From positions 1 through 48,488 of the forward strand of contig JAYUEW010000059.1 of assembly GCA_043739045.1 (NCBI GenBank): 48,488 bases of DNA. Direction: 5' to 3'. This DNA is from Synechococcales cyanobacterium (GTDB lineage: Bacteria; Cyanobacteriota; Cyanobacteriia; Leptolyngbyales; Leptolyngbyaceae). The notes under the pieces are model-generated. The model saw only the letters and a program-made list of their open reading frames with translations, made no database searches and was not told the origin of the DNA. Of the stretch, positions 38,324 to 46,291 are shown piece after piece (the first letter of the stretch is position 1; every line of letters begins with the position of its first letter). Both the position numbers and the translations under genes were made by a program.

Positions 38324-39955
38324 TTAGGAAATAAGGCTTTGTAGCACATCCCAAATCTCATCCCGATTATCCCTTAAATACTCAGATTTCCTATCATTCT
38401 TAGCCCGATTCATGAAGTCGTTCTTGGTGATGCCGCCTGCGCTTTCACGCCTAGCAATCGACCACTGATAAGCAATCATGAGCGCTTCCCGTTTATTAAT
38501 ATCCGGGACCGATTCAATGAGGCCGATCGCCGGGTCTGCGAACGTTTCCAGGTAAGCACGGGTGAAAACTTCGGTTGCTGTTGCTGTGCCCCATTGGACC
38601 GACTCACCCGCAGGAACCGGAATCTCTCCCCATATTTTTAGCTTGGGGGTTGAGGCCGATCGCTTAGCCAGTTCGTCCGGCGGAACCGTGGGAATTGGTA
38701 GCCAAGATTGAGAATCGTGGGAGTAGGCGATCGTTTGGTATTGGTTGAACAGTGGGAAATCTGCACCAATCTTAGGAGCCTCAAAACTTCCATTCCCGCC
38801 GTTAGCAAATTTGAGGTTTTCCCGGCTTGCGAGGGTGTAATTTTTCAAACTCTTTAAGGCAGAACTTGAAACCCCGGTGCCATCGACCGTAGCGAGGGGT
38901 GTCATGACCCAAACAAATCGATCGACTGACTGACGCATTGAAGCTTCATGAACCAAGAAATCCATTAACCAGACTGAGAATGAGCGATTATCGTTGTTAA
39001 ATAGCTCGTCATCCAATTCAGACATTTTGACGGGTTTCAAACGAGATAGAGTACTAGATAATTCATCCAGGATGAACAGGATGGGAGCCGCTGGAGAGCT
39101 GGGCAGGCTCTGCCAGTGGCGAATCATTGAATAGAGGGATTGTGCCGCGCGGGTGGGATTTTGGTCTAGGTCAGGATTGAAGAATTGGTCGCAGGTCTCC
39201 CAATACCAATGCTCTTTTGGATCTTGTTTGGGCGTGTAGCCGTAAAGGATTCCGGTTGGATATTTCTGCTTGTAGGCAATCATGGCGATCGTAATCATGA
39301 TGCCTTTCCCTGTTCGCGGCGGCGCTGCGACATAGGACGATCGCACTGGATTGACCATGGAATCAATAGCCGTTGGAATCTTGCAAGTTCCGCCCGCGCT
39401 TGTGGGTGCGACTGCCTGTAATGCAATAGTTCCAGGCAATGCAGCCGATTCATGGGGAAGGTCTTTGAGTTGCTGAATCTCTTCCATGAATGCCGAAATC
39501 GTCCGACGCTTGGGCTTTTTGTTCATGGCCAGACAGAGCCTGCGAGCGGCGGCGGTGATGGTCTGCCCGTCTTGGTAGGCTTGCAAGACTTCAGAGACAG
39601 CCGCGTCAGGTCCAACGATTTCGGCATAACGGACAAGTTCAGGCTCTTTCAACGCATGGGCCAGAACTCCCACATCTTTGATATATTCGGCATCCTTGCC
39701 CTTTTGAATGGCTCCATCTACAGCGTTGTAGATGAAATAAAGTCCGGCGATGGCACCAATTATAGGGATTCCTGAAATTGAAGACATTCCGAATCCAATG
39801 GCTAAGCCTGACACTAGGGGAAAGGCAGAACTTGACACCACGCCGTTTAAGGCTTCATCGGCAATGTCTTCGATTTGGTCTAGTTTCTCGTTGGATAGTT
39901 TGGAATATTTCTGTAATAGCCGGGGAATACGATCGGTGGAGATGCTTGATAACAT
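38324..39955 (-). CDS. Membrane-anchored P-loop NTPase resembling the FtsK/HerA and type IV coupling protein (VirD4/TraG) families
   Basis: 543 aa. Hydrophobic Gly-rich helices lie at about residues 43-78. Walker A is AAPPRTGKG (about residues 210-218; compare APTRSGKG of VirD4/TraG-type proteins) and Walker B is ILFILDELS. Confidence 0.65.
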   Translation of the reverse strand: MLSSISTDRIPRLLQKYSKLSNEKLDQIEDIADEALNGVVSSSAFPLVSGLAIGFGMSSISGIPIIGAIAGLYFIYNAVDGAIQKGKDAEYIKDVGVLAHALKEPELVRYAEIVGPDAAVSEVLQAYQDGQTITAAARRLCLAMNKKPKRRTISAFMEEIQQLKDLPHESAALPGTIALQAVAPTSAGGTCKIPTAIDSMVNPVRSSYVAAPPRTGKGIMITIAMIAYKQKYPTGILYGYTPKQDPKEHWYWETCDQFFNPDLDQNPTRAAQSLYSMIRHWQSLPSSPAAPILFILDELSSTLSRLKPVKMSELDDELFNNDNRSFSVWLMDFLVHEASMRQSVDRFVWVMTPLATVDGTGVSSSALKSLKNYTLASRENLKFANGGNGSFEAPKIGADFPLFNQYQTIAYSHDSQSWLPIPTVPPDELAKRSASTPKLKIWGEIPVPAGESVQWGTATATEVFTRAYLETFADPAIGLIESVPDINKREALMIAYQWSIARRESAGGITKNDFMNRAKNDRKSEYLRDNRDEIWDVLQSLIS

Positions 39956-40638
39956 TAGGCTTCCTCATTGCGGTAGAAGAGCCATTGACCGACGACGATG
40001 ACCAGGAGCAACATGACTTCAAAGCTGAAAAGCATAATGGCCAAGTCACGGGCGTTGTCTCCATTTATCCAGATTGGATTCATTGATTTCATCCAAAATC
40101 CGAAATCACTCCAATTCTTCCAAACTGGATAGGCTTTCAGTCCTACGGCTAGGTCAAAGGCATAGGCCGCTAGGCTTAGAGCGGCGGCATACCTCATAAA
40201 GAAGAATGGAATTCTACTGATTCGCTTGACGGCGCGGCGGGTGTCTGAATTTTTACTGTCACTGTGTTTGTCCAGGTCATCAGTCAGGGCGATCGATGTT
40301 CTAACGGCGTTCTTTTGCGCTTTGGCATCCATAGAAATGACAATCCAGAGGCATTCCAGAATCTGAACAGGTGCCCAAATTAGGATGGCTCCGATCGTGG
40401 CGACTCCCATTGATAAACGGTTAAACAATGGGCCTATTAAGGGAATATCTAAGACCCATGAAGCATTCCCCCCAGCGCTTGATAGCAGCATTGCATAGGG
40501 CTTGATATTGATTAGGGCGATCGTAAATAGGCCAAACAACAAACCCAGAAATAAGACCCAGATGAGCGCTTGGAGAATCCAAGAATCTTCGACATCACGG
40601 GCGGCTCGGCTATTTTTGAAGCGATTGAATACAGTCAT
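39955..40638 (-). CDS. Polytopic integral membrane protein
   Basis: 227 aa with about 5 predicted TM helices. Its stop overlaps the start of the ATPase gene, suggesting translational coupling. Confidence 0.6.
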   Translation of the reverse strand: MTVFNRFKNSRAARDVEDSWILQALIWVLFLGLLFGLFTIALINIKPYAMLLSSAGGNASWVLDIPLIGPLFNRLSMGVATIGAILIWAPVQILECLWIVISMDAKAQKNAVRTSIALTDDLDKHSDSKNSDTRRAVKRISRIPFFFMRYAAALSLAAYAFDLAVGLKAYPVWKNWSDFGFWMKSMNPIWINGDNARDLAIMLFSFEVMLLLVIVVGQWLFYRNEEA

Positions 40639-40639
40639 C

Positions 40640-41161
40640 TTATGAACCTACTTGTGGACGGTTTGCGGTGGGGTAGCGTTTCATCATGGTGGTGATGCGC
40701 TTTTGGTCTGGAGTGTTCAATAGGTCGGTGACGACGGCGTAGGGTTTGGCTTGTTTGGCCAAAGTTCCGACATTTCCGTAGGCATCACAGACCGTTGTTC
40801 CGGCTGGCAGATAGTCGGTCTGATTGGGTTTAAGATTCCTGTTTTTGTTCCAACGCATCCAGAAATCTCCGCTTAAAACGCCTACACCCTCGGTTAGGGG
40901 CTGATAGATGTTTTCACCAGGTTTCATATAAAAGACCCCTTCACAGCCTGCGTCGAATCGCTCATTAGCCAGGGCGATCGATTGCTTCTGTAAGGCGTGA
41001 TTCTGTTGCTTTGATTCAAGTCGTAATTGCATAGGGTCGGGGTTGAATGCCCCTCGTTGCAGGCCGATCGTCAATCCACCCAAGATAGCGAGGCAACTGA
41101 TACAGCCGATCACTGTTCCCTTGGGGTCGTCAGCTAGTTGCTCCAAAATTAGATTCATCAT
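40640..41161 (-). CDS. Membrane-anchored (single N-terminal TM) exported-domain protein
   Basis: 173 aa with an N-terminal TM helix (GTVIGCISCLAILGGLTIGL). It overlaps the upstream gene by 4 nt (ATGA). Confidence 0.55.
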   Translation of the reverse strand: MMNLILEQLADDPKGTVIGCISCLAILGGLTIGLQRGAFNPDPMQLRLESKQQNHALQKQSIALANERFDAGCEGVFYMKPGENIYQPLTEGVGVLSGDFWMRWNKNRNLKPNQTDYLPAGTTVCDAYGNVGTLAKQAKPYAVVTDLLNTPDQKRITTMMKRYPTANRPQVGS

Positions 41162-41526
41162 GCTGTTATCTCTGCTTCGATTGTGGACATTAAGGCGAGG
41201 TTGTTTGAGTGGGGTAGTTCTGCCCCATCGCCGAAAAAACTTAGGTCTATTGCTCCAATTCGTTGCCTAGCTTTGATGTAGGAGCTTTGGAGTCCCAAGC
41301 GAACAATGCTTTCAGCGCGAGTTGCAAAGTCGTCTGAGAGTTCGTCGATTTTGGCTTGAAGGTCTGCTAGTTCCTTTTCCTGGCGGTCTCTTGCTGCTTT
41401 CAGGAGAGTTAGGCGATCGGTGGTAGGTTCGATCGGCTCAGTCGGTTCTAGGGACCGTTCTTCGGTATTTTTTAAGGCCATGGCTTTGGCGGCTCCGGGG
41501 TTAAAGCGTTTTGAACTGGTAGGCAT
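41158..41526 (-). CDS. Coiled-coil protein
   Basis: The start is taken at the ATG (MPTSSKRF), which is preceded by a strong GGGAGGA Shine-Dalgarno sequence. The central helix is LTLLKAARDRQEKELADLQAKIDELSDDF. Confidence 0.55.
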   Translation of the reverse strand: MPTSSKRFNPGAAKAMALKNTEERSLEPTEPIEPTTDRLTLLKAARDRQEKELADLQAKIDELSDDFATRAESIVRLGLQSSYIKARQRIGAIDLSFFGDGAELPHSNNLALMSTIEAEITA

Positions 41527-41560
41527 TTTATTGGTCCTCCCGATGGGTTTAAACAATGAC

Positions 41561-41836
41561 CTAAATAGCCGCGAAGAACTCTGATGATTCGTCTCTCAGT
41601 GCATCCATGGCCGCATCTTCAGGGTCGGGCATGTCATCAAGAGTTTCCCGGATTGATTGCTTGACGGCGGAAAGCTCCAACATCTCCAGAAGGGAATCAG
41701 CCTGATCGATCGCCATCTTTGAAGCTGAATCAAACTGGAGTGCAGGGAAATCAGGGTTCGCATACATTCCACCCAAAATTAGGGCGGCGAAATGTTCTCG
41801 CTTGGTCATGCCGATCTGGTTTGGTGTGCTGTTCAT
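41561..41836 (-). CDS. Small phage-type protein (REHFAA..L.GM motif)
   Basis: The ORF is open to 41965, and I prefer the ATG at 41836 (MNSTPNQIGMTKREHFAALILGGMYANPD). The R(D/E)(Y/H)FAA...G motif recurs in small prophage proteins. This is the first gene of the minus-strand arm. Confidence 0.45.
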   Translation of the reverse strand: MNSTPNQIGMTKREHFAALILGGMYANPDFPALQFDSASKMAIDQADSLLEMLELSAVKQSIRETLDDMPDPEDAAMDALRDESSEFFAAI

Positions 41837-42167
41837 AAGTTGGTGAAGTTGGTGAATTTGGTGGGCAGATGACAGGTGAGAACAATTACCTAATTCGCCT
41901 GAGTGGTAGGGGCGATCGGTGAACAGAGCGATGGGCCGAGAATAAACGCACCGGAAAAGCCACAAACCCCGCCATAGACGAGCAGTAAGAGCAGGAACGC
42001 GGGTGCTTTGATTGCAACGTAGTTTGTCATTGTTAATCCTGGTAGTGAGGGGGGGAAAGGACCGATCGTCCTACCACGGCGATCGGCCCGGTTGTCCTTT
42101 TAACTGACCACTTTGCATTTCCCAGGGCTAAACCTGCTAGAGACGACGCTGTAGGCTGCTACGTGTT

Positions 42168-42310
42168 TCAAAGTTCTGAACTTCGACTCAATCAATCTAG
42201 CATCAAACCAACGCAAAAATCCGAACTTTGATTATGCCAATAACTTATGAATAAAGGCTTTAATGATAGTACTTATTAATCAAAGTTCTGAACTATAAAT
42301 CAAAGTTCTG
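42168..42310. promoter_or_regulatory. Divergent control region with four operator-like repeats (CAAAGTTC core)
   Basis: TCAAAGTTCTGAAC lies at 42168-42181 and an inverted copy, CCGAACTTTGATT, at 42221-42233. AATCAAAGTTCTGAAC lies at 42278-42293 and AATCAAAGTTCTG at 42298-42310. The region sits between the divergent arms, ending 41 bp before the RHH gene. Confidence 0.7.
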
Positions 42311-42351
42311 GGGTAAGATGCCTGAAACACGGTTTAATAAGGGGACTGAAA

Positions 42352-42612
42352 ATGATGGCCACAATTGTTCGGATGCCAACAAAATTAAAGAAAATTACGG
42401 TGGTTCTAGATCCTGAACTGGAACAGGCTCTAGAGAGATATGCGATGCGCTGTCAGCGGAGTTTGTCGCAGAGTGCGTCTATCCTGCTTGAACAGTCCTT
42501 GATGGTGACTGGTGATTTGAAGTGCGCCATTGATAGAAGAGAGAAGCGCGGCGGTAAGAGACAAGGTTCTGGACGCAAGCCGGAAGACAATATCTCTGAA
42601 GAATCGGCGTAA
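42352..42612 (+). CDS. Ribbon-helix-helix (CopG/Arc-like) transcriptional regulator
   Basis: 86 aa. KKITVVLDPELEQALERYAMRCQRSLSQSASILLEQSL has the beta-strand, helix, helix RHH pattern, followed by a basic tail. Confidence 0.7.
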   Translation: MMATIVRMPTKLKKITVVLDPELEQALERYAMRCQRSLSQSASILLEQSLMVTGDLKCAIDRREKRGGKRQGSGRKPEDNISEESA

Positions 42613-42682
42613 AAGCCATCATCCAGGCAAAAAAAACGATCGCCCTTGTGAGCCGATCGCCTAACAAACTTTAAGGAATTTT

Positions 42683-42886
42683 ATGACTAGAAATACGGTT
42701 GGGTCAGCTCTCTATGGGCTGATATTTCACGATGGAAAAATGTATGTCATTTACGCAGTTGCTTTGATACAGGCAATAAGCTATTGCACTGAGAAGCCCC
42801 GTAGAGTCATCGTTTTTGAGGGAGATGTAGCAACCTGCATTGACGAGGCAACCCTAGAAACATGCTGGAACAGACTGAACTACTAA
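42683..42886 (+). CDS. Hypothetical small protein
   Basis: 67-aa ORF between the regulator and primase genes, on the same strand. Confidence 0.4.
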   Translation: MTRNTVGSALYGLIFHDGKMYVIYAVALIQAISYCTEKPRRVIVFEGDVATCIDEATLETCWNRLNY

Positions 42887-42916
42887 CCCATCTACTAAAG
42901 ACAAGAGAGCCGATCG

Positions 42917-45034
42917 ATGAACATGGCAGGCAGCAACAACGGGACAGCACAAACGCTACCCAAATTTGACATTCTCAAGCATTTAGACAAACTCACCACA
43001 GACGGCGGCAGTACCAGCAGTAAAAACGAGATTTCCTACCATTGCCCGGTCTGTGGTTCTGGTAACTTCAAAATTCACGTAGACGGCAAGAGCAGAGGCA
43101 AATATCAGACATGGGGCTGTGACTGTGCCAAATCCGAGAGAGGCAAGCAGGCAATTAAAGACAAACTGGCCCCGCTGACATGGGACAAGCCTTTGAGAGA
43201 AAAGGGCACCGCCACTTATACCTATCAAGCCCTGTATGAAGGAAGGCCGATCGACATCGCTCAGGTTAGGAGGGCCGACGACGGTGACGGGAAGCGCAGG
43301 TTCAACCAGTGGCATAAAGACGGGAATAGATGGGTTTCAGGCGTACCGGATGAAGTGAAGGCCCTAATTCACCTCTATCAAATTTTTAACGAGATAAATC
43401 AGAGTGCGATCGCTAACGGTCAAACCATCCTGATTGTTGAGGGGGAAGGGAAGGTTGATTTACTTTTGTCGTTAGGCATTGCAGCAACCTGTTCGATCGG
43501 CGGCGGTGGAAAGTGGACACAGTACGGCTATCCCAACTACTTGCAGGATTTGGACGGCGCGGCGGTTGTGATTTGTCCCGATCGGGACCAGCCAGGAATC
43601 AAACATGCTGACGAAGTAGCCCTAGACTTCCCGGACGCAAAATGGCTATATCCGGCACCAACGTCCTATCTATGGGAACGCCTAATCCAACCAAACAAAG
43701 GATTCGACATAAAAGATTGGATCAACGACGACGGCGCGACAAAGGCCGACATATTGAACGCGATCGGCGATCGGCGCGAACTCATCCTCTCAATACCGAA
43801 GCCATCGGAGCCACCGAAATTACAACTTGGGCCACCAATGGGGACGATCGCCGCGAGTAATTCAGACGTTCCCCCACCCGTAGCGAGTCGTAAGGCAAAT
43901 CGCGGCATGACGACCCTACAGCAAGACGCTGAGATGATAGAAAACGAGGTTGGGCACTTGCTGACCTTTGACACAGCTACCCAAAACTTCTACCTAGAAG
44001 GCAAACGGCTAACCCTTGGGCGAGAACGGCTCCTCCTTTCCACTAAATACGGGCTGCCCATAAAAGCGGGGAAGGAGGACGTAATGGACATTTGTGTGCA
44101 ACTCGCCCTAGGAAACAGCTTCAACTCAGTAAGGGACTACCTGAACAAATGCCGGAATACGACCGGTATAAAACTACTTGATATCTGTCAAAAGTTTTTC
44201 AACAATCCAGACCCATTACAAGCTGTATTCCTCAAAAAGTGGTTAATTTCGGCAGTCGCAAGGGCATATGACCCAGGGTGTCAAGCGGATGAGGTCATGA
44301 TTCTACAAGGAGGACAAGGTCAGCGAAAATCCAGCTTCTTCCTTGAACTCGCCCCCCAGAAGGAATGGGTCAACGGGAATGGTTTACAAGGCGGGAAAAT
44401 TAATGATGAAGAGATTCGGAAAGCTCAAAGAACTTGGTTAATCGAAGTTCCAGAGATAGATAAGACCTTCAAGAAGTCGTGCTCAAGTGAGCTAAAAGCA
44501 TTCATGACACAGCGTGGAGATTGGCTTAGGCAGTTGTACGAAAAGATGCCCGAACTCTATCTACGCAACTCTGTAATGGGGGGAACCACGAACGAACCCG
44601 AACTTTTCACAGACGACACAGGAAATAGGCGTTTCACCGTGGTGAAGGTATGCGTAGACCTTCTCGATAGCTCATGGCTAAGGGCGAATCGTGACAGCAT
44701 ATGGAGTGAGGCTCGGGATGCGTATCTTGCTGGAGAAATATGGCACCTCACCCCCGAGGAAAAACTTCTCCATGCACGGCAGAACATGCAATGGAAAATC
44801 GAACACCCATGGCACGGCACGATCGAGCATTACCTCAGGTATGAGACAGAGGTTACTATCCCGGAAATCCTTCATGTCGTTATCAAGTTGAGCCTCTCAG
44901 AACTTAAAGGAAAGTCAGAACAGATGCAGGTTTCAGGAATTTTAAAAGCTCTGGGATTCACAAAGACGAATCGGCGTGGTTCCTACATGGAGGCAAATTC
45001 ACCAATTTGGATAAGGACTGCTGATAATTTCTAA
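42917..45034 (+). CDS. Bifunctional primase / VirE-D5-type P-loop helicase replication protein
   Basis: 705 aa. An N-terminal Zn finger (CPVCGSGNFKIH...WGCDC) is followed by a TOPRIM domain (ILIVEGEGKVD, ICPDRDQPG). The C-terminal VirE-like NTPase has Walker A (QGGQGQRKSSFF) and Walker B (WLIEVPEID). Confidence 0.8.
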   Translation: MNMAGSNNGTAQTLPKFDILKHLDKLTTDGGSTSSKNEISYHCPVCGSGNFKIHVDGKSRGKYQTWGCDCAKSERGKQAIKDKLAPLTWDKPLREKGTATYTYQALYEGRPIDIAQVRRADDGDGKRRFNQWHKDGNRWVSGVPDEVKALIHLYQIFNEINQSAIANGQTILIVEGEGKVDLLLSLGIAATCSIGGGGKWTQYGYPNYLQDLDGAAVVICPDRDQPGIKHADEVALDFPDAKWLYPAPTSYLWERLIQPNKGFDIKDWINDDGATKADILNAIGDRRELILSIPKPSEPPKLQLGPPMGTIAASNSDVPPPVASRKANRGMTTLQQDAEMIENEVGHLLTFDTATQNFYLEGKRLTLGRERLLLSTKYGLPIKAGKEDVMDICVQLALGNSFNSVRDYLNKCRNTTGIKLLDICQKFFNNPDPLQAVFLKKWLISAVARAYDPGCQADEVMILQGGQGQRKSSFFLELAPQKEWVNGNGLQGGKINDEEIRKAQRTWLIEVPEIDKTFKKSCSSELKAFMTQRGDWLRQLYEKMPELYLRNSVMGGTTNEPELFTDDTGNRRFTVVKVCVDLLDSSWLRANRDSIWSEARDAYLAGEIWHLTPEEKLLHARQNMQWKIEHPWHGTIEHYLRYETEVTIPEILHVVIKLSLSELKGKSEQMQVSGILKALGFTKTNRRGSYMEANSPIWIRTADNF

Positions 45035-45036
45035 AA

Positions 45037-45266
45037 AGGTGTGTAAGGTGTGTGTTTATATATTTATTTAAGAAAAAAGGTATGTATAGAGAGGGTTTCA
45101 GCCTTTACACACCTTGCACACACCCCATACACACCTCAATGTAGGTGTGTGATTACACACCTTTAGCCACACACACACCTCTATACACACCTTTTAGCAG
45201 AGGTGTGTAAGACCTAAATCCAATCTGTGCAAGGGTTTCAGAGATTTCATACACACCCGCACACCT
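45037..45266. repeat. Iteron field (AGGTGTGT / ACACACCT), candidate origin of replication
   Basis: Exact AGGTGTGT occurs at 45037, 45046, 45143 and 45201. Exact ACACACCT occurs at 45107, 45129, 45155, 45173 and 45185. Variants lie at 45118, 45251 and 45260. A flanking AGGGTTTCAG repeat lies at 45092 and 45232, and an AT-rich stretch at 45055-45090. Confidence 0.8.
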
Positions 45267-45307
45267 CTCACAGCTTTTTCACAGCAAACTATATCTGAGG
45301 TTTCGTT

Positions 45308-45700
45308 ATGCCGATGAACCGATCGCTCTATCCCGAAAACTGGGAAGAAATAGCCCTGAAAATCAAGCGCAAGGCGAATTGGACTTGTCAGAAATGCCGA
45401 CGACCATGCCGAAGACCGGGAGAGTCGATCGACGCTTTGGCTAGTCGTGTTAGAGAGTGGCCAGATGCGTTTGAAGGGGTCCATTCTGGTTTGGATTCTA
45501 GGGACTGGGTGGTGTTTAAACGCGGTAGGTTTTTGCTTACCGTGGCCCATCTTGACCACCGCCCTAGTAATTGCAAGCCGCGTAATTTACGAGCATGGTG
45601 CGCACCATGTCATTGTCGCTACGACCTCTCTCAGATGGAGCGTAAAAAACTGATAAAACTTGAGTTAGCTGGTCAGCTCAGTCTGTTTTCTTTGACGTAA
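45308..45700 (+). CDS. HNH endonuclease
   Basis: 130 aa. It has WTCQKCRRPC ... LTVAHLDHRPSNCKPRNLRAWCAPCHCRYD, the HNH/CxxC zinc-finger layout. Confidence 0.8.
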   Translation: MPMNRSLYPENWEEIALKIKRKANWTCQKCRRPCRRPGESIDALASRVREWPDAFEGVHSGLDSRDWVVFKRGRFLLTVAHLDHRPSNCKPRNLRAWCAPCHCRYDLSQMERKKLIKLELAGQLSLFSLT

Positions 45701-45722
45701 AAAACAGCATGGTGCGCACCAT
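45593..45722. repeat. Two copies of a 16-bp repeat containing the perfect palindrome ATGGTGCGCACCAT
   Basis: GCATGGTGCGCACCAT lies at 45593-45608 and 45707-45722. The second copy is nested between the inverted CGTAAAAAA (45696-45704) and TTTTTTACG (45732-45740). Confidence 0.8.
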
Positions 45723-45836
45723 TTCCGCTCATTTTTTACGCTGTTGTACTAGGAATAAACGCCATGGCCTAAATGTGGATCACGATATTCCGCGTTTTCT
45801 GGTTTTGGCAAAATTGCACGATCGCCTATTTCTGGC

Positions 45837-45865
45837 CTTTGGACTTCTGTGTGTTCCGCAGTTAA
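45837..45865. repeat. Right copy of the perfect 29-bp direct repeat (putative attR core)
   Basis: CTTTGGACTTCTGTGTGTTCCGCAGTTAA is identical to 30553-30581. Confidence 0.85.
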
Positions 45866-46291
45866 CCCAAAACATCTAGGTAGCCTGAAACTCTATTGTA
45901 TCAAGGCTTTCCGATCGTACTTTTTAGACTACTCAAATCCCTGGACTAAAATTGGACTAAATTTTTACCCCTGTTTAGCTCCATTCTGTCGTGGTGCAGC
46001 CTGTAGCGATCGGCCTTCCACAACTCTCATTTAGCCCCTAACTCCCCTCAGTTTGCACCAATATAAACCATAAAATCAAAATCAAAACATCCTAAAATCT
46101 GTCCGTCAATCTCAGGCAAGACTTGACTTAAATCTTGATTTAAACAGGTTTCAAGAAACTGAGACTCCGCGATTTCATCGAAATAATGGCATCACTAACC
46201 ATCCTCAAAATTCCTCATCCGCTCGATCGATTAACGTAGAATGTCATTGAATTCGTTATAATCTAAAGTAATTCCTCGCTAGGATTTAGGG

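Larger units (their letters stand above)
30553..45865. mobile_element. Integrated virus-like / satellite-like mobile element (15,284-bp unit) bounded by 29-bp direct repeats
   Basis: The element is flanked by perfect direct repeats. It carries a phage tail-fibre gene, a primase-helicase, an RHH regulator with operators, iterons, an HNH nuclease and a membrane-anchored P-loop ATPase. Its long co-directional, tightly packed or overlapping gene arrays are typical of phage modules. Confidence 0.8.

Noticed and set aside
45593-45722. The GGTGCGCA inside the twin palindromes equals the first 8 nt of the E. coli dif XerC arm (GGTGCGCATAA).
   Set aside because: An 8-nt match within a GC-rich palindrome is easily a coincidence. 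There is no adjacent 6-bp spacer or XerD-arm-like TTATGTTAAAT.
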